IMG/VR virus record: IMGVR_UViG_3300042561_002100
Coordinates: 96,001-160,000 of that record
DNA from: a virus
Length of the DNA: 64,000 nt
Direction: 5' to 3' (one strand)
Below the pieces are notes generated by a model. The model made no database searches, was not told the DNA's origin, and worked only from the letters and a program-made list of their open reading frames with translations. Shown piece by piece: positions 47,321 to 56,683 of this stretch (the stretch's first letter is position 1; every line of letters starts with the position of its first letter). Made by a program: the position numbers and the translations under genes.

Positions 47321-48077
47321 AACTACAAATAATATTCTAATCACTAGAGAATATGGCGAAAAGGATTGTTCTGATCCGGTTATAACAGGAATTCCATCAA
47401 ATCGTTTTGATTTTGTGTTGAAGCCATATAATGCCGATTTAGAAGATATATCTTCAGAATTAAATATTGATCCTCCTTGTGATCTTTGGTATTATTATAA
47501 CATGAAGGTGGGTTCACTAAAGGCATTAGAAGATGTTAATGTTGATGGAGAAGTTACTGCCGTTGGTGAAGTGTCATCCAATAATGGAATTCATGTTCTG
47601 TCAAATAAGAAAAATTTACCCTTTGATATGCCTCATCCTAATAAAAAAGGATGGAGATTAAGGCATGTTTGTATTGAAGGTCCCGAAATCGCTGTTTATT
47701 GTAGAGGTGAAATAAATGAAACCGGAATTATTGATTTGCCTTCTTTCTGGGACGGTTTGGTAAATCTTGATGATATGACCATAAATATCACACCTATTGG
47801 TCATTGGCAAGAATTATTCGTTGAACATATCAATAAAAATAAAAAACAAGTCATCATTAAAAATAATAACGGTACCAAAATTCGGGCAAATTATCATATT
47901 GTTGCAAGAAGATTAGATGATGATCTTATTGTAGAATATCAAGGTGAAAATTATACAGATTATCCAAAAGGAAATGAAGGATATTCTTTTAATTATGAAC
48001 ATTCTTATGTTGAAAATTTAATCAAAGAACAAATTAAGAGAGAAATAAAAAATGCAAGTAACAAGAGAAGTCAGTGA
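47313..48077 (+). CDS. Structural protein with an intramolecular-chaperone-like domain
   Basis: PFDMPHPNKKGWRLRHVCIEGPE...YCRG. Confidence 0.7.
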   Translation: MVETTNNILITREYGEKDCSDPVITGIPSNRFDFVLKPYNADLEDISSELNIDPPCDLWYYYNMKVGSLKALEDVNVDGEVTAVGEVSSNNGIHVLSNKKNLPFDMPHPNKKGWRLRHVCIEGPEIAVYCRGEINETGIIDLPSFWDGLVNLDDMTINITPIGHWQELFVEHINKNKKQVIIKNNNGTKIRANYHIVARRLDDDLIVEYQGENYTDYPKGNEGYSFNYEHSYVENLIKEQIKREIKNASNKRSQ

Positions 48078-48207
48078 CGATCTTATCGCACTACAAGAAG
48101 ATATCGCGGCTCATTTCTGTGAAGATAACTTTCCTATGAGTGGTGAATTGTATTGGACTTTAGTTGAATCTATTGCCACTGCAAAGCTATCGGAAATTAC
48201 ATCTTGA
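48052..48207 (+). CDS. Small cyanophage hypothetical protein (51 aa)
   Basis: LQEDIAAHFC...SGELYW. Confidence 0.55.
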   Translation: MQVTREVSDDLIALQEDIAAHFCEDNFPMSGELYWTLVESIATAKLSEITS

Positions 48208-48262
48208 CCACTTTACGAACTGTCACTAGGTAACTCCAAAATCCATCAGGATGTGTTAAGAT
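48206..48262 (+). promoter_or_regulatory. Palindromic element (GACCA-N10-TGTCA) plus TG-T-TAAGAT
   Basis: Right arm at 48221, -10 at 48257. Confidence 0.65.
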
Positions 48263-48286
48263 TGATTCATCTTCGTATTTGAAGTA

Positions 48287-48484
48287 ATGAAAATCTCAAA
48301 AACAAATATTCAAGCTCAATATAATGAACTATTAGATCAAGGTCTAGAGGATTGGGAAGCTAGAACTACAATTATCAATGATATGATTTCATTGGAACCC
48401 ACATCAGAACATTTTGTGGGAAATCCTGGAGATTCTGAATATTATTTCACAATCCAAACCATTTGGAATCTATGTAATCTATGA
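48287..48484 (+). CDS. Hypothetical protein
   Basis: First ORF after the promoter. Confidence 0.5.
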   Translation: MKISKTNIQAQYNELLDQGLEDWEARTTIINDMISLEPTSEHFVGNPGDSEYYFTIQTIWNLCNL

Positions 48485-48690
48485 GACCCGAAACTCGTGA
48501 AGCTATGGAGAATCTCTTTGGTGCAAAATGGAATGTACCAAAAGCGGCGGATTATTGTAATCTCACCAACAAAGAGTGTAAAATTGTCTTTAATGAATAT
48601 TGTCGCCTAAATCCTCCAACATATGTTCAAGAAAGTTCTTTTGATCTACTTGTGTTATCTCATTCTGATGATGTGAAAGATGAATCTTGA
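48481..48690 (+). CDS. Conserved cyanophage hypothetical protein
   Basis: MRPETREAMENLFGAKWNVPKAA. Confidence 0.65.
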   Translation: MRPETREAMENLFGAKWNVPKAADYCNLTNKECKIVFNEYCRLNPPTYVQESSFDLLVLSHSDDVKDES

Positions 48691-49381
48691 TAATAAAAGC
48701 GATATCATACATGATGACATTGAAAGTCTTTCATTGGATGATAGAATTAATCTGGCATATAATCCAAACACCCCACCAACAACATTAGATCAACTAGCTA
48801 CTAATGAGCATTATTGGGTTCGTTATTGGGTAGCACAACATCCAAACACACCACCAAAAGCCCTAGAACAACTAGCGACCGATGAGGAATATTATGGTAT
48901 TCGTCGTGAAGTAGCACAAAACCGAAACACACCACCAAAAGTCCTAGAACAACTAGCGACCGATGAGGAATATTATGGTATTCGTCGTGAAGTAGCACAA
49001 AACCGAAACACACCACCAAAAGTCCTAGAACAACTAGCGACCGATGAGGATCTTTATGTTCGTTATTGGGTAGCACAACATCCAAACACACCACCAAAAG
49101 CCCTAGAACAACTAGCGACCGATGAGGATTCTAGTGTTCGTTGTTGGGTAGCAGAAAATCCAAACACTCCACCAAAAGCTCTAGAACAACTAGCGACCGA
49201 TGAGGATTCTGGTGTTCGTTGGAGTGTAGCACATAATCCAAACACACCACCAAAAGCTCTAGAACAACTAGCGACCGATGAGGATTCTAGTGTTCGTTAT
49301 AGGGTAGCACTAAATCCAAACACTCCCCACTACATCAAAAAGTATATTAAAATTCAGGAGCACCTAAAAACATTTGACTAA
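48680..49381 (+). CDS. HEAT/LRV-like repeat protein, paralog 9 (7 repeats, two of 27 aa)
   Basis: Repeats plus cap PHYIKKYIKIQEHL. Confidence 0.9.
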   Translation: MNLDNKSDIIHDDIESLSLDDRINLAYNPNTPPTTLDQLATNEHYWVRYWVAQHPNTPPKALEQLATDEEYYGIRREVAQNRNTPPKVLEQLATDEEYYGIRREVAQNRNTPPKVLEQLATDEDLYVRYWVAQHPNTPPKALEQLATDEDSSVRCWVAENPNTPPKALEQLATDEDSGVRWSVAHNPNTPPKALEQLATDEDSSVRYRVALNPNTPHYIKKYIKIQEHLKTFD

Positions 49382-49502
49382 AATTGTTTTAGATATCTTT
49401 CTCACACTCACTGTTTTCTGTATTGCATCTTATCTTATCACAATAGACTGACCGAGTGATTGATGACTCTAAATAATAAAACAGGAATTGTTTTAGAAGA
49501 CA

Positions 49503-52500
49503 ATGAGTCTAAATCGGCTAGAAAATTTTTTAAGAACAGCAAAAGGAACAGTAATATACGTTAATGTTGACGGTCTAGATGCCACCGATAGCATTGAGAA
49601 TACTGGTACATCATTAGCTAGACCTTTTAAAACACCTCAACGAGCAATTATTGAAGCCGTTAGATATAGCTACATTTCAGGTACCAATAACGACCTTTAC
49701 GGTAATACAACAATTATTGTCTTTCCTGGACAATATGATATAGACGATAGACCTGGAGTTCTAGTAAAGAACGATGGGTCTTTGTTATTGAGAAGCAGTC
49801 AATCAACAACTCTTACTGAATGGAAAACTAATACTAATTTCAATCTTTACGATTCTGCTAATCAATTATACAAACTCAATTCAGTTTATGGTGGAGTTAT
49901 CGTTCCAAGAGGAACGACAATTTGGTGTTACGATTCAAGAAAGACAGTATTTCGTCCACTTTATGTTCCTAGTCCAACCAATAATAACATAGAAAGAAGT
50001 TGTGTATTTCGTAGAAGTGCTGGATCTGTTTTAGAAAATCTAGCATTTAGAGATGCAGATCCTAACGGATTCTGCTATAAAGATTATACTGTCACTAAGT
50101 TCTCTCCAAATTTTTCACATCATAAACTTGATTGTTATCAAGATGTTGATGGTGTTAATAATGTGATCATTCAAGATAATTTTCTCAATGTAACAACGTC
50201 TAGAACCGATCTAGAAATGTATTATGAGAAAATTTCACTTGTTTATGGTTTATCATCTGGTAGAGAAATTCAAGATGCAATTTATTCTACCACGATTTCT
50301 GTTGATATTCAACCTGTTATTGATGAGTTTCGGATTATTAGTTCAACTGGAAAAGAAGTTGGAATTACATCTATTCGGGCTGGTGATGGAGTTACTCCAA
50401 ATAATACAATTACGGTTACTTTAGAAGAACCAACGGAAGATCTGAATATTGATACACCAATTCAAATAAGTGGTGTTGGTGTTGCAGGTTATGATGGACA
50501 AAATATTGTTTCCTCTGTTATTAGTTCTTCTCAGATCCAATATAGATCATCCATTACACCGAGTAATGCATTACCGTCTTCTGTGGGTGCATCACTTAAT
50601 ATCATCGTAGATAGCATCACTTCCGATTCACCACTGATTAAAAATAATACTCTCAGAAGTGTCTATGGAATGTGTGGCTATTATGGAAATGGTGATAACG
50701 TTTCAGGCTTTAAGAGTTTTATTGTTGACCAATTTGAAGGAATAAGCCTACAAAAAGATGACAATGCCTTCGTCAAATATGATTATAGTAGTGGAACTTA
50801 TAAAGACTCAACTGCTATCACAAATCTTCATAGTGATCCAGATGCTCGTTATAAACCCGATTATGAGCATTACTTTTTACGAATTGCTAATGACACTTCC
50901 GCCGATGTTAATTCATGTAGTGCAACAGGATTTGCTCAACAATACTCAGTGAATTCTGGATCTGAGATTAATATGAATGCATCAAGATCCAAATATGGAG
51001 CAAAGGCATTAGTTGCAGAAGGATTTAAAAAACAAGCGTATTCATATGATGATAATGGTTATCTTGTGGGAGTAGTTCCACCAAAGTTCGTTTCATCAGA
51101 AACAACCAATTTTTATTTTGGTTCTTTTGATGTTGGTCTTACTACTTCCGTTGGTAATAGTGCAAGACTTTATATCGCAAATGAAAAGAATTTTTATGCT
51201 CCTCCTGAACATAATCTTTTTGGTTATAATATTGGTGCTAAAAGGGGTGAAATTATTAAAGTGGAATTATCCAATAATACCACAGTTGGAATTTATACCG
51301 CAAGTGTTCTGATTCCTTCAACTAATTTAACATCGGAAAAAGTTTACTATGTTCCAAGAATCAATAACAACACAGAAAATTCTATCTTTAATAATGCGAT
51401 TGATTTAACATCTTCTCATAATCTTATTACGGGCGAAAAGATTAGAGTTTTTTCTGAAAATGGTCATCTTCCCGATGGATTGACCTCAAATAAAGTTGGT
51501 TACGCGATCACAACAGGATTACTTTCAACTAAAGTCAAAGTCGCCGAGACTTATAATGATGCGCTTGCAAATGTTCCATTAAATATAAACAGAAAAGGTG
51601 GAAATCTTACTGTTGTCAGTAGAGTGGCGGATAAAAAGCCGGGTGAAATCGGACATCCAATTCAATGGGATTCTGGTAATGCTAATTGGTATATTGGTGT
51701 AAATACAAACAATTCAATTTATAACCAATTAAATTCTCTTGGTACTTCGGTTTTAGGTAATTATACGCCTTCATTTTATGTTGAACGTGTTGTTGATACT
51801 AGATCTGATGATGAGAAGATCTTTAAATTTAGATATATTATTCCGTCAAATACTACGGAATCAAGCAGACTACCATTAAAATCCTTCATTCTTCAAGAGT
51901 CTAATGATGTGGTATTGGATTCGGTTGAAATGGGCAAGTATTTTTCTTCTACTGTATCAACTCTTATTTCACCCGAAGAGCTAAGAAACTCTCACTATAT
52001 TTCAGATGTGACTTGGAGTTCAAACGTTGCGACATTAAAAACCGAACTTCCATCAGATGTTACTATTGGTTCTAAGATTGAACTTGTTAATTTTATTGGT
52101 GGAGTTCATACTGTTTCTTCTGTTATCAATAACAAAAAATTTACTATTCCATTATCAACAAATCCTGGAGCATTCAATAAAGACACGACAACCAGAAATC
52201 AAAATCTACCATACTTTAAAAAATTAGAAACTACTAATACTTATAAAATTCATGAGGTCAAAGAACTTCAAGAATACATTTATAATAAACAAGATGGTGT
52301 TTATGATTTAACTGTAATTAATACATCAAATTCCCCAACAGTATCACCATTCACCGATCTTAAGTTCCCCCAACCAATAAAAAATCTTTATCCAATAAGT
52401 GATGTTGATAATCTAGAATCGGATCCTAAAGCCACAGCTTCTTTCGCGCTTCCAGATAAAATCGGACAGGTTATTGTAAATAATGAATCATTCTCATTAA

Positions 52501-53939
52501 CTAAAGAAACTCGCAATAAACTAGCAGAAGACTTCCAATATGGAATAAAGGTTTCAAATATCGTTTCTAACTTAGCGGGGATTGCTCATACTTTCACCAC
52601 TGAAGTATCTCACAACTTTAGAGGAATTACTAACTTTAGTATTCTGAATGTTGGTAGTAATTATGTTCCAGGAACTTATTATGGTGCTGATGTTATTGCT
52701 AGTAGTGGAAGTGGAAGAAATGCCAACGTCAGACTAACCGTTAGTGGTGCAGGTACGGTCAGTGATCTGGAGATAATGGATTCAGGTTGTGCTTATTGTG
52801 TTGGTGATATTGCGACTCTTATTCCTTCTGCTGGTATCGGAACCACTACAGGTTTCACTCCTGCCACTATTCTTGTTACGAATGTTGTTGATAATATAAA
52901 CGATACTCTTTATCTTGTAGATAATCTTATTCCTTTTAGAATAACTGTTATTGAGGATCACAATAAAATTCAAGTTGCTTCTCCTACTGTTGCTGTGGGA
53001 CTTAATACATCTTATTGTTTATCTGCAGGAAAAGCGGTTCTAATTAATAATTTTTCTTATAATGCTTCTTCTGGTATTGCAACAGCAACGTGTGCGATTG
53101 CTCATGGTAACACTTTAGATGAAACAATTAGATTAGGAGGATTTGATAGTGATTATTTCAATAAAGAAGCTGTCGTTATTGACACTCCTACAGTACAATC
53201 TCTGGTTGTTAATATTGGTAAAGATGGAGTATCCTTACCAACTACTGGTACTCGTTATATCTATCCAACAATAACAGCTAATAACAACAAGCCTTATTAT
53301 TCTTATGCAGGAATAACAACAAACATTAGTAGTGCACTAACTTCTGAATCAAATGTAGACGTTTTGACGATTGATAATGCAGTGAATGCTGGATTGAATA
53401 TTGGTGATTTTATAAAAGTCAATGATGAAATTTTTAGAGTTAAATCCGACATCACATCAAATAATGTCTCTGTTTTTCGGGCACAAATGGGAACTGTTAG
53501 ACAAACTCATTCGGTTAATTCTGTAGTCAAAAAAATCAAAATAGTTCCAATTGAACTTAGAAAGAGTTCTACGATTAATACCACTTCTCATATTTTTGAA
53601 TCTGTTGGATTTGGGCCAGGTAACTATTCAACCTCAATTCCAGATAGAGTAAATAAAACACTAACTGAGGAAGAAAAATCTATCGCACAGTATCATATGA
53701 TTAATGGTGGAACTGTTACTCAAGATATTCCTGAAGTTAATAATTTAATTCCAGAATATTATACTGATACTCCTTATATTACCCTTCAAGGAAGATCAAT
53801 CGGAGTAGGAACAACAACACCCTCTAGTGGAAATTATGGTGATATTATTTACAGTGTAAATCCTAAGAGCGGGAATTATGTTGGATGGACTTATACAATT
53901 GAAAATAAATGGAAAGGATTCGGCATAATTGGATCTTAA
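49503..53939 (+). CDS. Large virion structural/fibre protein
   Basis: MSLNRLENFL, PFKT..RAIIEA, PRG, beta-rich repeats; CTAAATA at 49469. Confidence 0.75.
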   Translation: MSLNRLENFLRTAKGTVIYVNVDGLDATDSIENTGTSLARPFKTPQRAIIEAVRYSYISGTNNDLYGNTTIIVFPGQYDIDDRPGVLVKNDGSLLLRSSQSTTLTEWKTNTNFNLYDSANQLYKLNSVYGGVIVPRGTTIWCYDSRKTVFRPLYVPSPTNNNIERSCVFRRSAGSVLENLAFRDADPNGFCYKDYTVTKFSPNFSHHKLDCYQDVDGVNNVIIQDNFLNVTTSRTDLEMYYEKISLVYGLSSGREIQDAIYSTTISVDIQPVIDEFRIISSTGKEVGITSIRAGDGVTPNNTITVTLEEPTEDLNIDTPIQISGVGVAGYDGQNIVSSVISSSQIQYRSSITPSNALPSSVGASLNIIVDSITSDSPLIKNNTLRSVYGMCGYYGNGDNVSGFKSFIVDQFEGISLQKDDNAFVKYDYSSGTYKDSTAITNLHSDPDARYKPDYEHYFLRIANDTSADVNSCSATGFAQQYSVNSGSEINMNASRSKYGAKALVAEGFKKQAYSYDDNGYLVGVVPPKFVSSETTNFYFGSFDVGLTTSVGNSARLYIANEKNFYAPPEHNLFGYNIGAKRGEIIKVELSNNTTVGIYTASVLIPSTNLTSEKVYYVPRINNNTENSIFNNAIDLTSSHNLITGEKIRVFSENGHLPDGLTSNKVGYAITTGLLSTKVKVAETYNDALANVPLNINRKGGNLTVVSRVADKKPGEIGHPIQWDSGNANWYIGVNTNNSIYNQLNSLGTSVLGNYTPSFYVERVVDTRSDDEKIFKFRYIIPSNTTESSRLPLKSFILQESNDVVLDSVEMGKYFSSTVSTLISPEELRNSHYISDVTWSSNVATLKTELPSDVTIGSKIELVNFIGGVHTVSSVINNKKFTIPLSTNPGAFNKDTTTRNQNLPYFKKLETTNTYKIHEVKELQEYIYNKQDGVYDLTVINTSNSPTVSPFTDLKFPQPIKNLYPISDVDNLESDPKATASFALPDKIGQVIVNNESFSLTKETRNKLAEDFQYGIKVSNIVSNLAGIAHTFTTEVSHNFRGITNFSILNVGSNYVPGTYYGADVIASSGSGRNANVRLTVSGAGTVSDLEIMDSGCAYCVGDIATLIPSAGIGTTTGFTPATILVTNVVDNINDTLYLVDNLIPFRITVIEDHNKIQVASPTVAVGLNTSYCLSAGKAVLINNFSYNASSGIATATCAIAHGNTLDETIRLGGFDSDYFNKEAVVIDTPTVQSLVVNIGKDGVSLPTTGTRYIYPTITANNNKPYYSYAGITTNISSALTSESNVDVLTIDNAVNAGLNIGDFIKVNDEIFRVKSDITSNNVSVFRAQMGTVRQTHSVNSVVKKIKIVPIELRKSSTINTTSHIFESVGFGPGNYSTSIPDRVNKTLTEEEKSIAQYHMINGGTVTQDIPEVNNLIPEYYTDTPYITLQGRSIGVGTTTPSSGNYGDIIYSVNPKSGNYVGWTYTIENKWKGFGIIGS

Positions 53940-53979
53940 GGCTAAATATTAAAAAGAGTGGAAAAGCGGAAACTCTACA

Positions 53980-55173
53980 ATGCCAAATAAGAATTTTATA
54001 GTAAAGAACGGAATTGAGGTTGATGGTAATCTCATTTTCGCGGATCCTGATACTAATAAAGTAGGAATAAAAACATCCACGCCAACTGTAGAACTAGATG
54101 TAAGCGGTGATATTAGATCTAATAACTTAACGGTTAGCGATGTATTATCTCTTTATGGTAACATCGCAATTAATGGTGAGTTAGGCGAAGTTGGTTCCTT
54201 TCTTTCTGTAACAGGATCGGGTGTTACTTGGAGTCCTATTCCGGGATTAAGAACGGTTGCATCCATTGTCGCAGCTCCAGGGCAAACATTAATTAATGCT
54301 GTTTATAATCCTTCAACTGGAGTTGATGTTTTCGTTGATGGAGTTAGACTAACGTCAACAGATTATACCGCGAATACTGGAACCGAAATTGTATTAGCTG
54401 TTTCTCTTTTTGGTGGGGAGCGAGTAGATATTATTGCATATTCTGTTTTTGGTACAGATGGTCCGGGAATCACTATTGAAAATAATTCAACACAAGTTGG
54501 TTTATCTAATGTCATAAGTACCATCAATTTTGTTGGATTTAGTAGTATTTCTTTATCTGAAGATGGATTTGGTATAACGCTTGAAAATTCACCCGAAAAT
54601 TATTATAATTTGGGTGTGAAAAATGAAATAAGATTTTATGAAAATACATTAAGTTGCCCCGATTATATTTCTCTCAAGGCACCCGGTATATTAACATCCA
54701 CATCTTCTTATCAGCTGCCTGATAATTATCCGGTGGGAAATGAATATTATTTGTCTTCAAGTTCTGTTGGTATTATGACTTGGAAACAAAAAACGGACAC
54801 AACGATTATACCATTAACATCCGAGACCAAAATTTTGGAGGTGAGCACATTAACAACTATACCATATTGGCCAGAAAATACATTTTTGTCATCGCAACCA
54901 ATATGGATGGTAAATACGGCAGCTACCGGCTCTGAAATTATTTTTGATATTAGAATTAATAATTCGTCTATCTTTTCAGTATTACCAACTATAGATCAGG
55001 TTGAAAACAGTAGTGCTACTGCTGCTATTCCATCTTCATTTTCAACTTCTTTTGTTAATAATAACAAAATGATTTCAATTGGATCCACTGTCACCTTCCA
55101 TTGTGTTGGTATCGGAAGCACATATGCCGGTAGTGGAGCAAAGGTAAATATTTATAGTTTTAGTAGTCAATAA
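53980..55173 (+). CDS. Tail fibre-like structural protein
   Basis: KNFIVKNGIEV, VGIKT, VFVDGVRL; CTAAATA at 53942. Confidence 0.7.
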   Translation: MPNKNFIVKNGIEVDGNLIFADPDTNKVGIKTSTPTVELDVSGDIRSNNLTVSDVLSLYGNIAINGELGEVGSFLSVTGSGVTWSPIPGLRTVASIVAAPGQTLINAVYNPSTGVDVFVDGVRLTSTDYTANTGTEIVLAVSLFGGERVDIIAYSVFGTDGPGITIENNSTQVGLSNVISTINFVGFSSISLSEDGFGITLENSPENYYNLGVKNEIRFYENTLSCPDYISLKAPGILTSTSSYQLPDNYPVGNEYYLSSSSVGIMTWKQKTDTTIIPLTSETKILEVSTLTTIPYWPENTFLSSQPIWMVNTAATGSEIIFDIRINNSSIFSVLPTIDQVENSSATAAIPSSFSTSFVNNNKMISIGSTVTFHCVGIGSTYAGSGAKVNIYSFSSQ

Positions 55174-55207
55174 ATAGAAATTAAAGTTTACAATGGGGAT
55201 AATTTAG

Positions 55208-56632
55208 ATGGGTATTCGTTATTGGGGATCTAATATATCAGAGCCCTTTTCTACATTATGGGTAAGTCGTCTTACTACAGCGACACGATCACCACAGGCT
55301 AATGGTGGCGGAAAAGGTTCAATTGTGGCTGGTAACGGTGGTAGTTCATTTGAAGTATTTTGGTTTGAAGCTGTAGGAGGAACAGCTGTTAGGGTAGCAG
55401 TCGTAAAACGTGATATTAAAGGTTTTATAACTTGGTCGCGTTGGACTTCTGCAGAATTTGGAGATACCGTAACAAGTCGCGATAATTATGACCCGCAAGT
55501 ATTGCCATTATCTGATGGTGGTTGTGTTGTATTTTGCAAGGGTGTTGCTAGTGGTACGACAATATCAGCATGGCGGTTAGATGCAAGTGGCAATCAAACA
55601 TGGCGACAAGATTATACAGGTAGTTTAATTGGTGCCGTTAGGGTTGCATTAAATGGTTCTGAAATTATAGTTTTAACAGCTGCTAGTGTATTGCTTCCCG
55701 GTAATTTTTCACGTTGGCAGCCAGCAGTATTAAGACTTGCGGTTAGTAATGGTGCAGTATTGGGCTGCAATGCGTATCGTATTGATAGTTCAGTTAGCAA
55801 TATTACGCCAAATAGCAGGGATGATCTTTTTGCCTTATCCTCTGGTTCGGTTATGTTAAAAGTTAGTGATGCTTACTTTCTTGAAACCAATGCTGCTGGC
55901 ACAAGTGTAACCAATAGCGTTATTTTTTCTGGATCTGATTCTGGTGGTACTATGTTTGGTCCTGCTGCGTTATTGCCTAGCGGTGGCTACTTGTGTCGTG
56001 ATGATGATCAAACACTTGTCAAGTTAGATTCTAGTTTCAATATTACAGATAGATATAAACACTCTAATGCGATGCAAACTGGTGGTAAATTCTGGGGGCT
56101 TCAAACACTTGCATTGGCAGTAAATACTTCTGGTGAAGGTTGGGCATTATCATATGGTTTTGGTTCTGGTGAGTTTTTAGGCATTGGTTTCAAAATAGTA
56201 AAATTTACATCTAATGGTGCAACACCATCGGTTTATAATGAGGTCGCCTATGGTTCAAATATCGGTGGACCACAGCTAACGGTGGGATGCGACATTGATC
56301 TAATCAATGAATATGGTTTTACTCGTGTTATTGGTTCTATTAGTCAAAGTGCCAGCTGTCGTATTACCACATTGGGTTTCAACTTAAATCAACCGACAAG
56401 CACTGCTAGTAATACAACACCGGCGGCTACATTAGATACCGGATCATGTAGTAATACGATGAGTGTAAGGGGATGGGATGCTGTAACTTATTCCACTGTC
56501 ACACCAGATACAATAACTAGAACAACTGTAACGACCACTGTTACGGCTATTACAATCACCGACGCAACGGGTTCTATCAACTTGGTAGACGCTTCTAGTA
56601 CACTCACCTGGTCTCGTTCTGAATTAATATGA
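55208..56632 (+). CDS. Putative receptor-binding / beta-propeller-like protein
   Basis: Gly/Ser/Thr/Trp-rich; lies between fibre genes; ATAAATA at 55170. Confidence 0.5.
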   Translation: MGIRYWGSNISEPFSTLWVSRLTTATRSPQANGGGKGSIVAGNGGSSFEVFWFEAVGGTAVRVAVVKRDIKGFITWSRWTSAEFGDTVTSRDNYDPQVLPLSDGGCVVFCKGVASGTTISAWRLDASGNQTWRQDYTGSLIGAVRVALNGSEIIVLTAASVLLPGNFSRWQPAVLRLAVSNGAVLGCNAYRIDSSVSNITPNSRDDLFALSSGSVMLKVSDAYFLETNAAGTSVTNSVIFSGSDSGGTMFGPAALLPSGGYLCRDDDQTLVKLDSSFNITDRYKHSNAMQTGGKFWGLQTLALAVNTSGEGWALSYGFGSGEFLGIGFKIVKFTSNGATPSVYNEVAYGSNIGGPQLTVGCDIDLINEYGFTRVIGSISQSASCRITTLGFNLNQPTSTASNTTPAATLDTGSCSNTMSVRGWDAVTYSTVTPDTITRTTVTTTVTAITITDATGSINLVDASSTLTWSRSELI

Positions 56633-56683
56633 TAACTCTCATAAATAGACATATTAATATGTCTCATAACATTCTAACAGCCG

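Noticed and set aside
48840-49330. CRISPR-like array (constant blocks alternating with variable blocks)
   Set aside because: The period is 78/81 bp and in frame within ORFs, the variable parts are single codons rather than unique spacers, and there are no cas genes. The Cas4-like protein is the usual T4-like phage exonuclease.
55193-55210. Genome-wide stop-codon reassignment (amber readthrough)
   Set aside because: All recognised genes are intact under the standard code; this is a single local case.
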